A stretch of 63,536 nucleotides of DNA, the filler included, from Sphacelaria rigidula (Eukaryota), in NCBI GenBank assembly GCA_964200075.2. It is 6 parts of 6 records of this genome, joined end to end, with 100 filler letters (N's around TTAATTAATTAA, not from the genome) between each part and the next. Parts side by side here need not be neighbours in the genome. Positions count along the whole stretch, not along the records: positions 42,430 to 52,933 come from CAXNAA020006375.1; positions 53,034 to 63,536 come from CAXNAA020006376.1; 4 more parts are not named here. One strand, written 5' to 3'. The notes beneath the pieces are model-generated. The model was not told the origin of the DNA. It saw only the letters and a list, made by a program, of their open reading frames with translations, and did no database searches. Of the stretch, positions 49,509 through 63,466 are shown in pieces; position 1 is the first letter of the stretch; every line of letters starts with the position of its first letter. The translations under genes and the position numbers were made by a program.

Positions 49509-52305
49509 CTGGTGAAATTTGACGGTTCAGACCGCGCCGCACCGGAGGCACTAACTGGACGAGCCCTGTTTTGCCGAGGGAAGGGGGGGGCGAGAGAGGG
49601 TGCTTCTTGCTGGTTGTGTTACAGTAGTGCAAGGAGGGTAATAGGTGGTGCACCGTGCTGTTCAAATGAGGGCAATAAAGAGTGTTCCGTCTGTTAGGAG
49701 TTGCAGTACAGAGTCGGGCATATCGTGTAGTGTTTGCGCGGGACCATGACAGTGGATATCGAAGCACATGCGTACTCCCTTGTACGGCGTGGCATACATG
49801 TTGGCAAAACAGCGCAGTATGGGAGGACAATGTACTACTACCCTCGTTGGTTTTGGTTTCACTTTCCCCCAACTTGATAATTTGAGTGTATATTTTTATG
49901 CAATACTGTGCCCCGTGGTGACAGCTATGCACTGCACTAGCTGTGCTTGCGATTTGACTTGTGCAGTGCTGATCTACCCTTTTTTTTATGCTGAATAGCA
50001 TATGTACGGTGTACAGATGCATGCTTTCGTAGGGTGTATCACGGGAGTGTTCGTTCATCCTAATTGTAGTATACACTTGCATGTCTGTTTCCTGTGTAAA
50101 TAAAAAAGCGGAATGTGCTGTATCATACACGTGCAATATGGGGCAACGTGCTTTATGGGAAAATCCATCGCCTTACAAAGTTCTCGTTAACACAGCATTT
50201 CGATCGGCTGATCGCTTGTCGCGCATCAACAGCTATTATACGTGTCTAGCCGTGGCATGGGCACTGGTGCCGAGATTGACGTACAGCTTGGGGTGAAACG
50301 AAAGGGAACACTGAGAAAGGACAGAAAGGACATCACATTCCGGTGGGAAATGAAAATAGATTATTGCTTCAGATGTCGATGAGAGCACGGTGTACACGTC
50401 TGGATGGCGTACAGCGTGGAGCTGTACAGAGACAGGCACCCTTCGACAAGGGCAACACAAGCTGTGCGACCCGTCTCATCAAAAGCTGTCGCTTTGTGAC
50501 CCATCTCATCAAAGCTGACGACCAAAGTATACTAATCGTGCTGTTTTTCAAATTTTGTTTGAACGAATACCGAATTTACAATAGAAAACCCAAGAGGTGG
50601 TGACGGTACCTTGTGATCGGGGTATGCATGAAAAGACCCTGATGGGAGCAAAACTGCATTCAAAGGGAAGCTTGCATGTGCTGAATCCCCAGCCAGCTGA
50701 GAAGTGCTAAACGAAGATGCAGCTTCATGCATCGAGCGGCAGCAAATGCTTCGGTCAACCTCTCATGTGACCCTGCAGACCGACCCTGGATCGATGTACG
50801 TGAACCATCATTTATTTCAAAAAGAGCCAACTGTCGAACGAAAGCTTGTTTTCGATTTCAAAAACAAGAGCGAAAACGGGATACTACCCACCAGACCAGA
50901 CAACACAGCTCACCTGAACCTGACACCCAAAGATAAAGCTGCGGAGACCAATCTGAAAGGGATACCTCGTCAAGAGATTCTCCAATGTAGCCCAAAGCAC
51001 AGAGTGCGCAGTACAGTACCCAAGTACAACTTTTTGACCTGAAGTGTCGGCTGCCGGAGGGTGCTGCTTGTGGCAGAGAGGGACCGCATGACACCTGGCC
51101 ATACTCTAGTCAAACCTACCTTGAAAGTCGTAATCTGGTCGTAACTTGGGTCATGTCACCACCAACCTCAAGTCAACCTCACTTTTTCTTCCTCTTTCCG
51201 GGGAAAAGGGGGGATCTACTGAAGTCAGCTACTGGAGGGCGAGTTTTGCACCGAGAAGTGCGATGTCTGTACAGTGTGGCTGCTCCTTGGAAGTTTGTTC
51301 TATTTCACGACTGTAGACCTGAACCGCAGAAAAATATGAGGGGAGTTTCTTGCGTTGCTGAAAAATGCCGCAAGATCGGCTGGATGTGACTTCTTTCTGA
51401 TTTTCTGCTGCGACCACGATTGGAGTAGTCCAACAACATCGTCAATTTAGTGTCCTGTGTAAAGTGTTGTGAATTGTGATATGTTGTTTGGGCGGCGACC
51501 TGATATCGATCGGCGACCTGATATCGATCACGGATCTGAACAGGTAGCGAAAGTTTTACATAAGAAGGACAATAATACTGCTACAACCTCATCCAAGACC
51601 GTGTCATTATCGCCCTCGGCCTCAGGTCACGCTGGGCCTGTGCCTACATAGCTGCATCCGTCATGGTGAAGAGCAAGGGCACCAAGAGAGGAAAAAACAG
51701 GAAGTCAAAGAAGAAGGTGGCGGCGCACATCAAAGAAGCCAATGGAAAACGACAGGCAGCTGCTGGCGATGCGCATCGTGCACCATTGCTTGCCGCGCCC
51801 TTAGGAGTGGGGCGGCCTGGGGCGGGTACGAAGCGGCCGAGAGAGACTGCTGGTGAGATGCCGGGCTAGATTGTAATGGACTCCCATATTTGCTTTGCTG
51901 TTGTAGCGGGGAGTTTGCTACTGCTGTTCAGCCTATTCGCCTGTAGCATTCATGCTTGCTTCAGCAGCGTCTCCTTGCCGCTAGTCTACATCACAGCAGT
52001 ACAGCACAGTTACTACAGCGTACTAGTACTGGTGAAGAACGGAGTGCAACCACCTCCGCAGTCGATGAGCATTTCGAGCTTTCTCTAGAAATGTAACCGG
52101 GTGCATCTGCGAGAAGTCAGGATGATCGGAAGATGTTGACCAGATATTTCCAATAGTATCGTGTTTTGCGATATGGCCACAACAGTTTTCGAGAACAGGT
52201 GCAATCAGCAAAAGCCCATCATTGAGTGGCTAGTATAGGGCATGTGTACACTGCGGAATAAGGAACAACCAAGCATGGCCTTGACCGGATGAGCCAATCA
52301 CTTCA

Positions 52306-52542
52306 GACACTTCCTACGATAGCCCCCCCCCCATAACCAGCTCAAAGTGTCACGAAAAAATGGCCGTACAGCGCCTGATGTTTGGGTTCAGGCTGCATGA
52401 AGCGCCTCGTATTGGCGACATTGGCTAGAACGAATCCNNNNNNNNNNTTGTGCTCGGCTTTTCCCATTTCGATTTACGCGAAGATTTCGCGTCCCAAAAC
52501 CATGCAGTTTTTTTGTGGGGGGACTATTATGGTGGAAGTGTC
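52306..52542. mobile_element. MITE with GACACTT TIRs and 4-bp TSD (ttca)
   Basis: ttca|gacacttcctacgatagccc ... ggtggaagtgtc|ttca. Homologous to 11514-11769. Confidence 0.82.
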
Positions 52543-52933
52543 TTCACGTGTACCACACTATTGCAGACGTCTTGAACATTACTTGTACAGACATCAAAAT
52601 TGAGACAATGATGTGGTGAGTGTACAGTAAGCTGCATGACAAACGCGACAGTCCGCTGTCCTAATTCCCTATCTGCCCCCTTTGCCGGAAGGGGGGATGT
52701 TTTTGATACAGAACGAGTACCTCGTACAGGCTGGTTCACGGTGATCACCCAAAATGGTGTCATCAGCAAATGCCTTCCGCAGTACGCACCCAATAGTCGC
52801 ATATATGGTATCACACTGACCTCAATAAAGAGACGAAGAGGGTGAAGTGGCCGGATTTTTGTTTAAGGCCGCAACGGTGGCGCTATGGACGAAAATGTCT
52901 CAGCCAATCAGCGCCCTTCAAACTGTTCCGAGA

Positions 52934-53033
52934 NNNNNNNNNNNNNNNNNNNNNNNNNNNNNNNNNNNNNNNNNNNNTTAATTAATTAANNNNNNNNNNN
53001 NNNNNNNNNNNNNNNNNNNNNNNNNNNNNNNNN
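52934..53033. other. Artificial contig linker
   Basis: N44-TTAATTAATTAA-N44. Confidence 0.97.
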
Positions 53034-54749
53034 GAGAGGAAGAAAAAAAAAAGCAGCGCAAGCAACTGAGGGCGCGTCGTGGCATTGCAATGGCAGATAC
53101 CACCGACGCGGCGATTTTTATTTTATTCAACTCCATCTGTGTGATGACGGTATAGGGGGTACGGTATCAATCGGGCAAACAGGCTGCACCGAATCCTGGC
53201 AGCCTCATCATGATTCTTGGCCTTCCCTACTTGGTGCCAGTGCAGCCGCCACCTTGGATGAGAGTGCTTGATGACAAGGCCTTGCAATAACTGAGACGGA
53301 GAAGAGCAATCGCCGACCGCGCTGTACTGTGTTTGCATCCTGTACGGACAACAGTACGGGATGGACTGTGCATTCGAATCGTCATATCACATGATGTGCC
53401 CTTGTTCTTCCGCGAGACCATCAACTGAGATATTATACCGAAACGACGTGGTATAAACGTCCTACCTGTCAAATGACAACCATGTAGCAGTAAATAGCAA
53501 AAGCGAACCGCTGAAATGGCAGTGTTTCCTACTAGAAAGGAAATAGCGATGAATGCACACGCACGCGATTCATCCAATTTTACGTTCCATCGTATAGTTA
53601 TTTACCCTTTGTTGCAAGGTAAAAATCTTCACGAGTGGGTGCACGATTTGCTTTGAACCCGTGAAGAGGAGCGGAAATGTGTGAGGGGATTATTTTCCCC
53701 CTCGCTGACCTTGTTCGCGTTGTTAGCAAACCTTCTGTTGCGCAATCTTGGCCACAATTAACCCTTTGGGGACCAAGGTGCTGATTTTGCTTTATGAATC
53801 TTTGTGAATCGGGATCATTTTGACTTGAAAATGACTGGAAATGATGCCGATTCACAAGAAACAAAAAACAGCACCCCCTGGGGGTCTAATTCCCGAAGGG
53901 TTGCCCGTCTCACGTGAAGGAGTGGTATCTCGAACGCCGTATCGGCCATAATTGAACAGCAACCGCAAAAGCGCGGCCTGACCTCTTCGAACCGAGCTCG
54001 CGACAAATCTTTCGCCAGATTTTTCGAAAATATTCTTGCCAGTTTTGGGTAAATATTGGTGGTGGTTTCAAGAATGGCCGCACGCGATTTGGCCAATCTG
54101 GAATACCAGCGCATGGGTATGCAACTATTCATGTCGGTTTCACATGCAGACACGCCGGAGACTTCAAGCATCACCCCCAAATCCTGGGTGTAAGAGAACG
54201 AGATGAAAACAGTGAGAGGTAGTATCTTCCTCGTCACACTCACAGTGGTCTACGTGGATGTCCTGCACTATTTTACTGTCTTCAACAAACAGCGTGACTG
54301 GAACATGATTCCTTCTCTGATGTCATCACACATGACTTGTATTACTGCTATATTCAACTGTAGCAGCTTCACGGAACATCCCATGCGCACTCATCCGCAA
54401 AACCTCGCGCAGGTTATTGGAGCTAGGCTCTGGAAAACTGCATCCCTGTGCCTTAGGCCATCACGAAACCTTTTGACGACCGGCGATTTCAATTTGGTTT
54501 ATTTGGCCGGTTATCTGGAGTTCCAGGGTTTAGATTTTTTTTCGGGAATTACTTACTTGTTCTGGGACCCCCGACAACCGGTGGAATCTACCAATAATCA
54601 CGAGAACATCCTCAGTAAGTTTCTTAACCCTTAGACCGCGAGGGTAGTCCATCTAGATCATGCATACCTTTTTCAAGTGAAACTTATGCCGAGTCAATAA
54701 ATGATCTACTCTTAAGGGTCCATGACCTACCACATGCGTGAAAATGATC

Positions 54750-55560
54750 AGAGTCTCACTCCAAAAAAACTGCGTGAGGTTTTGTGGATGAGTGCGCCGA
54801 GGTGTACCGTACTGGCACAATGTATACATTACTCGTGGTTGGTTTCGATATATAAACGGCCTTTTCGACGTGAGAACGCCCCCCCCCCCCCCACCCTGCA
54901 TCAGTTCATCGAGTTTCGCGGCGAAACTCCCTACAGAAGTTCCTTGTACTACCTCAGGACAAGCATTTTTGTTTTTGCTTCGAGGCGTTCTTTCCCGGCT
55001 TCCGGGGATCTATCTCCACGCCTGGACTCCCGGAAGCTGGTAAAGAGCGGGGAAACTTTTAAATAGTTTCGACCGTACAGGATGTCTATTTGAGCACCAA
55101 TGACTAAAGGGCTGCCAAGTATGAGGATGATCTGATATGTTCTGCGACATGTAAAAAGGTAACCGTCCGGAAGCTCTCTGGGTCTTTGGTGCATATCACC
55201 AGTGCAAATCCGACGACGCCCAAACTCGTCATGACCGGAATACGATGGTTTGGCGTAGAGTTCGATCCCGGTGTAGTCGTTATCTTCCGCTAGATTTCCA
55301 AGCTGCTGGCAGCTACTACTGTTTGAAGCATGTGGTGAGTGGGTAAATATTGGGTTGGAAATTCGTATATTTAACTTCAGAACAATTTGAAGGCCGCTGA
55401 TTGGTCGAGGTATATTTTCGCCCTCAGCGCTACCCTCATGGCCTTCGAAAAAACATCCGGCAATGCCACCCTCTTCAGTGGTCCATGGCAGGTAGTATCA
55501 TACGATGTATGCGGGTATTCGGTAGGCACTGCGAAACGCATCCGCTAATGACTAGATTTT
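54750..55560. repeat. Dispersed repeat family (unclassified TE relic)
   Basis: Homologous to 47480-48420. Confidence 0.7.
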
Positions 55561-56584
55561 GGGCGTTCGCTCTGAGCCAGCCTGTAAGCAGCAGGGATAG
55601 TAAACAGCGTGCAATAAACAGACTGTTCAGTGACGAGTGATTGTACGCTGATTGCTTCATGCAGTTGTCATCAGCCGCTGGCCGATGAAACAAGTTGTTG
55701 TGTACGGTACAGATAGTGCAACGTGCGCACAAGATTACACCACGCTCGAGGTGTGCCAGCACTGCGAAAAAGGCACAGATAAATAGAAAAAGAGGATGTG
55801 TGGTGCTGCATATATCGCAGCAAAAACAACATTTTCGCCAGATTGAGAGTATAGCTTTTGACTGAGAGTGAGTTTCTTCTCTAACCGCTTGTGGAATCAG
55901 CATAATTTTGGGGAGTTACTGGTGGTCAAAGCGTTAACATTCCGAAGCGTCAAGATTCCGAAGCGTTAGTCGTTGGATGTATGATCCAAAAACAAACAAA
56001 CGCCGATACACGATTCTCTGGAATCGCTGTGGGCCAATACCCTACACTCGCGTTCAACGTATTAATCGGGAGAACATTTTCCGGCATCAAGGTATGGATG
56101 CAGTAGCGGCCCGCTCATAAGCAACGGGCTTGTGAAAAAATCAGACTGAGATTCCCCCGAAAAATAACAAAATGTTGAGTCTCAGCGATGACTCCTACAC
56201 TACGTCAAATACAGCAGGCCATGATCAACCTTGTATCAGATGAACATCTCAAGCTGAGCCCAATTTCCAGTTTATTGTGAACGTGGCGCTTCTGTACTCA
56301 GCATCCACATCATCATATGAAAAGAGGGCATCTTTACCCTACAAAAAACAGTTTCTCCGAACCACAAGTGTGGCATGGTAGAGTTCGCAGCCGGGATGTT
56401 AACCATACCTCTCAGTCCATCATCAAACCACGAAACGTTGACTGTATTAGTGTGGTTACACTGATCCCGGAACGATGTTCATGTATTTTAGGGTGTCAAC
56501 ACCCTGGACGATGTAATGCGCTTTTACAACATGTATTGAGAGAAGGTATTAGGATACGTCCATGCGAATACGTATGGGGCACAC

Positions 56585-56765
<181 letters not shown>

Positions 56766-56959
56766 ATGCGCGGGACATATCGAAGGAATGGTATACGGTA
56801 TGTCCAACCTTGCACATATATTGCTCGACCGATATATATATATATATATATATGTATATAATGTATATGTATTGGACCGCGTGGGCGGCAGCACTTCACC
56901 CGAACACATATCGAGCCGCGAGGGCGACAACGTATTCCCCGCCCATTACCCCGGTGGTG

Positions 56960-57293
56960 TTATGTTTTCATTTTATTTTATTTTTATTTTATTTGTCACA
57001 CTTTGAACCCCTCCCCTTCCTCGTGACGAGTCCGTGGTCTCAAGGGATCAACCAGTCTCTCCCCGGTACATGCCTTGTATTTTGGTCTCGCGGATTGGGT
57101 CATGACTATCAGCACTCCCGCACCGCGTCAACTCACCTCAAACAAACTCAGTGAACTACCTTATTTACTCACGTTCTTACGCTTTCCACGGTGGAAATCA
57201 GATACTACGAAGAAACCCCAACGCGTCGGGAATTGAACCCTTGTTTTTTCCACCCTAATGGCGACAGTTGGACCATTACACACCACCGGGGCG
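56960..57293 (-). mobile_element. tRNA-derived SINE (family A), full length
   Basis: Minus-strand head cgccccggtggtgtgtaatgg (A-box-like), B-box ggttcaattccc, A-rich (TAAA-like) tail. At least 7 related copies in the window. Confidence 0.85.
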
Positions 57294-57589
57294 CGGCGGC
57301 AGTGGTATAAGTGAAAGCCATTAGGTCGGAAGAAGTTCAAGAGTGTGTTGGGTAGAGTATTTTCTACATTTGAGTATTTTGCGAAAATTGTGCTCCAAGT
57401 ACCCAAAACTTGGGTAAGAGTTTTGAGATCGCACTCAATACCCAGAAATTGGGTAGAGAGTTTCGCGATTGTACTTAATTATACCCAGTGTTCGAGTGGA
57501 GCTTGGAGGTCGGACCATCGCGACGACGAAATCCGGGAGAGTTAATACCCGGGTATTTACCCTGTCCTACAACACCCCCTGGGAAAATT

Positions 57590-57840
57590 TTGATTTCGAT
57601 TCTCGGCAGATGCGTTTTTTTTTTCCGAGACGTACGTACCTGATCTCCATGGTTGAGAACGTGCGGATGTGAGTGGCGAAGAAAGTTCTTTGACGAGAGT
57701 CGAAGGGACGAGGGATTGCTGATCCGATCCGCGATACAGTACCGGGATGTTTAGGCATGTACCGCCGAAGAGATGGGTTGATCTCTTGAGACAACGGACT
57801 CGTGCCGAGGAGGGGGAGAGGTTGGAAGTGTAACGTGTTG
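57590..57840 (+). mobile_element. SINE family A, diverged, opposite orientation
   Basis: gatgggttgatctcttgagacaacggactcgt mirrors the family A body. Confidence 0.7.
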
Positions 57841-58087
57841 AACAATATATGTACCGTATATATAGGGCACGTGGGCGAGTAGCAGGATTCTCCACGATGT
57901 CAGTATTTTTCGTTTGTGTGTGTGTGTGTGTTTTTTTTTTTTTGTAATAATCAGGTTGAACTGATGCGTTCGTCCGAAGACGGATAGATAATACTGCGTC
58001 TGTTCGTCACCAATGACACAACATCAAGCACATGATCAATCGGTTTCGGTACAATATTTCGGTAGAGTATTATTTACGTCATCTATA

Positions 58088-58224
58088 TATTTATTTGTCA
58101 CACTTTGGACCCCTCCTCTTCCTCGGGACGAGTCCGTGGTCTCAAGGGGCGAACCCCATCTCTCCCGGGCACACGCCCTGCATTTTGGTCTCGCGGATTG
58201 GGTCATGACTATCAGCACTCCCGT
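58088..58224 (-). mobile_element. SINE family A, 3' fragment
   Basis: gtcacactttggacccctc...gggtcatgactatcagcactccc. Confidence 0.75.
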
Positions 58225-58599
58225 GTGGTAGTCCTGCGGGATATGTGCAAACCATGTACTGTACTACAAAATATTTGAAGAAGGTGGAGTGTAGATGGTG
58301 CAGAATGACTCTTTTGTCTCCAAACAGAGGGACGTATAAGAGTTTTAAACGAGGTGTAGTACGGACAGTACATACATTCTGCCCTATCTCCATACGGAAG
58401 GATGTGAAAAAGACTGAGGGCAAGGAACAGTACAGACCGTGCAGACTCTATACCGTCCTCCAGAGCTGCGTTATACACCCAAATATACCCCAAGAGTAAA
58501 GTGAAGTCGTGGAGTTGTCTCGTGACATATGCAGTAAAAATGTCATCATGCAACCCCCTGCTCCTGATTGGCCCCATTCTGCAGTGAATCATATATCTA

Positions 58600-58810
58600 T
58601 CCGCATTCAATATCCACCACACATTATTACCTTCTGCATACAGAAGGATGTAAAATAAATTTGAATATGATACAGTACGGACATACAGTGCAGTGTACTG
58701 CCTGTACCTGCCGCATTCAATATCCACCACACTGTTCGCTTCTGCATACAGAAGGATGTAAAATAGATGTGAATGAGATACGGTACGGACACGCAGTGCA
58801 GTACTGTCTC
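58600..58810. repeat. Tandem duplication of a ~110-bp unit
   Basis: ccgcattcaatatccaccacac...cttctgcatacagaaggatgtaaaata occurs at 58601 and 58711, with a degenerate copy near 58360. Confidence 0.8.
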
Positions 58811-59536
58811 TACCGTCTGCGGACAAGAGATACCGGCACCGTCGTGTATGCGGCGGTGCGAAGAAGATGATGAGTGATGGTGTCCCCACAACCGTTGGCC
58901 AGAAGCCATTGCTTGCCTGCGTTATACGAGGGCGATGTGTTATGTGACGAAGCGTGGGCGTTGAACCACTGAGGCTCGCCTTTGGAAAATAAAGGAGAAG
59001 TCACCGTACGTTGCTCTCCGTTATCGCGATCATCCAGTCGAACTTGCTCTGGGAACGGTCATCGAACGTTTGCACACAAGCCCGTCATTGCAAAGATGGC
59101 CAAATGTGATGCTGAACGTACGTGCCAAAAATGACCAGATTTGCTCGACCTGCGTGGCGACCGGAGTTGTCACATGGACCTATTCAAGTAGCATGTAGAT
59201 GGCCCATCTGGTTCTATATTGGTTTAGTGTTCTTCCCTACCACCCACTTACCCACGACAAACACCGCCTTCCGCAGAAATTCGGAGTCCCGAACCCCTCA
59301 CCCGCGTAATATGGCGTTTTGAATATGGCCGTGAGTTGCCATTTTTTCGCGCACCTTATTGGGGGTCCATCTAGGGTCCATCTAAGGCTCACGACGCTCA
59401 AAGAGTCCAAGAGTACAAGCCCGGCCATCGGGGGCTGTATCGGGCGCAGTAGATGCCGTGATTACTGTGTAAATAACGTTGACGTGGGGGTAATGTTTGT
59501 CGTTGGTGGGCAACATCCGGGGCGTTCAGTCCTTCT

Positions 59537-59909
59537 GTGCGTGTGTGTGTGTTTTACCCATCTTTTCTGGACACCAGTCTACTCCTTTCGGTATATATGG
59601 ACGTATAAGCCGGGGCCACACAGGAGGCAGGTCAACACAGGAGTTTTTTTCATTTTTTTGTCGTGTTTTAGCACTCCACCTTCCCTCTGCGGTGTGTGCT
59701 TTTTTTTCAAAGCGGGGAGGGTTCAGCGGTCCATTTCCCTCGTCGACCGTGAAATCGAGCTTTGTGTACCCACAACATAGTCGCTTTCCCCTGTACTGTT
59801 GGGCATGATGTGAGGAAAAATGCCAGATCGTGTGACATCACCGAGATTCGAACCCACGACCCAACCGTCAGAAGGTTTCGAGGATACCAACTGAGCCACC
59901 GGGGGCGAC
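59537..59909 (-). mobile_element. tRNA-derived SINE (family B)
   Basis: A-box tggctcagttgg, B-box ggttcgaatct, (CA)n tail. Confidence 0.85.
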
Positions 59910-60430
59910 TGGCTCCTTTTGTGCTGGTAAAACTCGCTTGATCCAAACCGCGCGAAACGAGCGAAAAATACACAGAATAAATTTCGCAGCTTATTTCTCG
60001 ATCCTCGCGTTCTCTTTCGTAAGACACACCTTCACGATGTGTGCTTCATACAGGGGGAAGGGTGCTGCTTACAATATCATGTGTTTCAGTCAAATATCGA
60101 TACTTGATGTAATATAAGATCAATTCGTTGCCCCAACAGTCCTTGTTGCGTTTACTCTTATCGGGGATGCTGCGGCGGTAATACGTATATTGATCCTGTC
60201 GTCTTCGGTGATCCTACAGATACAACGTATATCGAAGACGAGATCGCCCCGACACATTGTGTTGCGATACATGCTGTTCATGCCGGCCCTGGATATATCC
60301 GCAGGTCAACGTATGTCCAATCGAATGGGCGCATCCCATATTGTTGCGAGATGTATAACGAACACCAAGGTGCCAGACGTATTGTTTTCCCTACACATGT
60401 CGGGCACACTCATTCATCCCTTGGCTATTG

Positions 60431-60473
<43 letters not shown>

Positions 60474-62427
60474 ACGCGTTTCCGGAATACTCGTATTGCG
60501 CATTCACGCGTCTGGATAAAACGAGCAAGGAGATTAACGACAGGAGAAAACAGAAGAGAAGACAGAAAAAACGCAGAGAGGGCTAGGAAAAGCGAAAAAT
60601 GTGGAGAGAAAAAGAGAGGGAAGAATACGTACACTCTGGGTACTCCAGATTGATCGATTGGTTTTTTTATTTTACTCCAGATTTCCCAGTATTCACTGAG
60701 TCAGTACTCGAGGTACTCGGGGACACTGAGAATTTTATTGATTACACCAAGAACGTCACTGAAATTCTTTGGGCGTGGGCACTCCTAATTCTGAGGGATC
60801 GTACTTCCTCTGTGCCATAAGTAGTGTCCGTTATGGTTATACAGACCCTTAACCGTATCCGATGCCGCCGGCGATAATTTGTTGTGAATCCCTCATGTTT
60901 TTTGGGTTGAAATTCTTCTTTTTTTTTACGCACCCCCGGGCATACGTGAACGGCCGGAAAAAAGTAGTCGGCCCCGAAAAGGACATATTTAGCCCCTTTT
61001 GCAGGGGCAAAAAAGTGTCGAAAAAAAAAAGCTAAACGTCCTCGCCGTCGCCGGGGCTTGACGCTAGATGGTCCCAGGCCTGCCTGAAGGCCTCCTTATC
61101 ATATGTTACCACCCTTTATAACGTTCCTGCCCTCTGTCGCACCGTCACCCCGGTATGCCCCACACTAAAGTCGCTTTCGAGGGTAGTCATCACCAACGTC
61201 ATAACGCGCCGGCATGGGGCCTAGAACACCCTTGGGTACCCTGGTTTTTCCCGGGGGAATGGCCGACGCTACCTCCACCGCCATTGCGTACCGGGGGCCC
61301 AACGACACTTCTGCGCCCCGTTTACGTCTTGGGAGGGTCTCCATCGTGGTTGTGGGGGGTAATTGGCGTTCAAACGCGGAGAAGAGCATGAATTCTCGAA
61401 AAAAAGTCTCGAAAAAATTCTCGAAATCCCAACAAAATTTCCAATTTTTGACCCACTAAATTCTCAGTGGTTTCGGCTCATTTTGTTTTTTGGCGAGCAT
61501 CAGCACATCAACAGCTTTTCAAAACACCTAACTACAGCATCGTGGGCAACTCCGTTGGCGATATACGATCTGCCCCCCATAACGGACTTTTTTACTTATG
61601 GCAGAGGAAGCATTACTGAGTACCTGCAGAAGCCCTCTCTATCCTAAGGATCTATGTAAGGATCATGAAGCACAGGCGACAGACACATAGGTTACTAACG
61701 AAACCCGTTCTGCTTTTTGCCGTGTGTTGTGGTACACAGAATACGACCGGAGGACGGATGCGTGGCTTCGTTCGCCAACGTATACAATTCGACGGCTGCG
61801 GGCTTGGTGTGCTGCACGGGAGGCAAAGATGATCATGGTACAGTGCATGTCTTCACCATCTTTTCTTTCTGAATCAGCTGCTGACCCCCCCTTTCCTCTA
61901 CTCTAACCCTCGCAGCTCAAGATGATGTATATACAAGTCATGATCATGAGGGTACACATCACGGTCATAAGGGGCAAGAAGGCGACCATGTTTGGATTTC
62001 TTTCAAGGCTGTACCGTCATCAACCTTACTGCAATCGAGTCGTATAAAAGCGCCGCACCATTCGATGAACTGCTCATGATCTCGCCAGAAGTATTATAGT
62101 ACATGAAGCCAAGAAGCCTGTAAGGCTATATATACTAAAGCAATATAAAAAAGTGTGTAGGTGAGCAATTTCCTGTATTGTAGCACAAGGAATCACACAC
62201 CGAAAGTTCTCGCTTCGTGGTCTTCATCTGCGAAGGAGTGAAGAAGCACTCGAAGAAACTCGGGTTGGTGTATAAGTCGCAGGTTAATGGCCACGAGCTC
62301 GCTGTGAGGTGGTGAGTAGTGAGAAGCCTTGGAATCGAACAATGATGCCGGGCCCAACATCAACCACGATTATATGTATTTACGCCATTGACCCTCTATT
62401 CCGTATTCCTCCCCCCCCGCGTCACCC

Positions 62428-62722
62428 ATGAGGCAGTGTATAACCCGTGGCTGCCTCTGCAAGAGGCGGTTCCAGAAACTGAAGCAACTCATTGTAGGCT
62501 GTCATCTAAATGCAAAATGATCAGCAGGCTTCGGGCCGAACAATCTTGGCAGAATGCAGCTCACCCTTCATGCGACTCGCCGAACACACCACGGCGCTCC
62601 GCGCTTGGTGGTTGATTGCGAGCCTGGTCCGGCAAAAACCCGGCGTGCTCCGTCTCGGCTTTGTAGGGATGCGAGGTCAATTGTCATATGACTACGGCAT
62701 GCAAGATCATGCGTACACTCCC
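62428..62722 (+). mobile_element. 5'-truncated LINE, related subfamily, with 8-bp TSD cgtcaccc
   Basis: The 3' end gggatgcgaggtcaattgtcatatgactacggcatgcaagatcatgcgtacactccc resembles the LINE 3' UTR. The 5' part is also present at about 21015-21116. Confidence 0.65.
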
Positions 62723-63193
62723 CGTCACCCCGCCGGTTCTATTGTTGCCATGTAGGCGTCTGCCCAGGCCCTCGGTTTTCCTCCGCGACAAGGCTCCTAA
62801 CCTCATACTGGGCGTTTGTCATCCCCCTCGCGGGATTTTTCATGAATGTCCTCTGCCAGCACCTCTCCGGCGTCAGTGTAACGTCACGGATTAGGTGAGC
62901 TTTATTCATAGTGAAGTGTGGAGAACAGAAAGAATCGCAGCAGTAGGAGCAGCGGCAGCAGCAGACCTTGACGTTTTGTTCTGGCAAGTTGCTGTCGCGT
63001 TATATTTTCGCTTTTGTATTTCTGTCCCGCTATCTACGTCGAAGTGCGAAGCACACAGGATAAACAAAAACCACTTGTTTTTTTCCCGCGTTTCCTCTAT
63101 CTTTTCGCGAATTGTTTTGCAGCATTGACAATTGTTGCAACTACACGTATGTATTGTGGGGTATGATGTATGTTCTGGAGTGTACATGCAGAA

Positions 63194-63435
63194 GGGGGGG
63201 GTGGGGGTGTCCTCATGATCTTGCATGCCATAGTAATATCACCACTGACCTCGCATCCCTGCAAAGCCGAGACGCAGCACCCCGGGTTTTCGCCGGACCC
63301 TGCAGAGGTGGTGGGGATCACGTATTTGGTAGCGCCAGAGCATCCCTTTCTCAACAATTCATCGAAAGCCAAAATTGTGTTCATGTCTCCTTTCCACCCG
63401 TCTTCTTTCAGGTAATTCTTTTCTTCGATTCCCAT
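63194..63435 (-). mobile_element. LINE 3' end, same subfamily as 62428-62722
   Basis: Minus strand reads ...gggatgcgaggtcagtggtgatattactatggcatgcaagatcatgaggacacccccacccccccc. Confidence 0.65.
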
Positions 63436-63466
63436 TTTTTCTTCTCTCGCCCCCCCCCTCTTTTGC

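Noticed and set aside
48769..49515. 248-aa plus-strand ORF
   Set aside because: It is the antisense shadow of the minus-strand exon 48972-49508, which has splice sites and phase support.
61900..62340. Exon-like minus-strand fragments (e.g. YFWRDHEQFIEWCGAFIR)
   Set aside because: Interrupted by stops and not assignable to any family by eye.
62626..63300. TIR transposon bounded by ~100-bp inverted repeats
   Set aside because: The arms are better explained as two opposite-orientation LINE 3' ends. One has its own TSD, and each extends differently on its 5' side.
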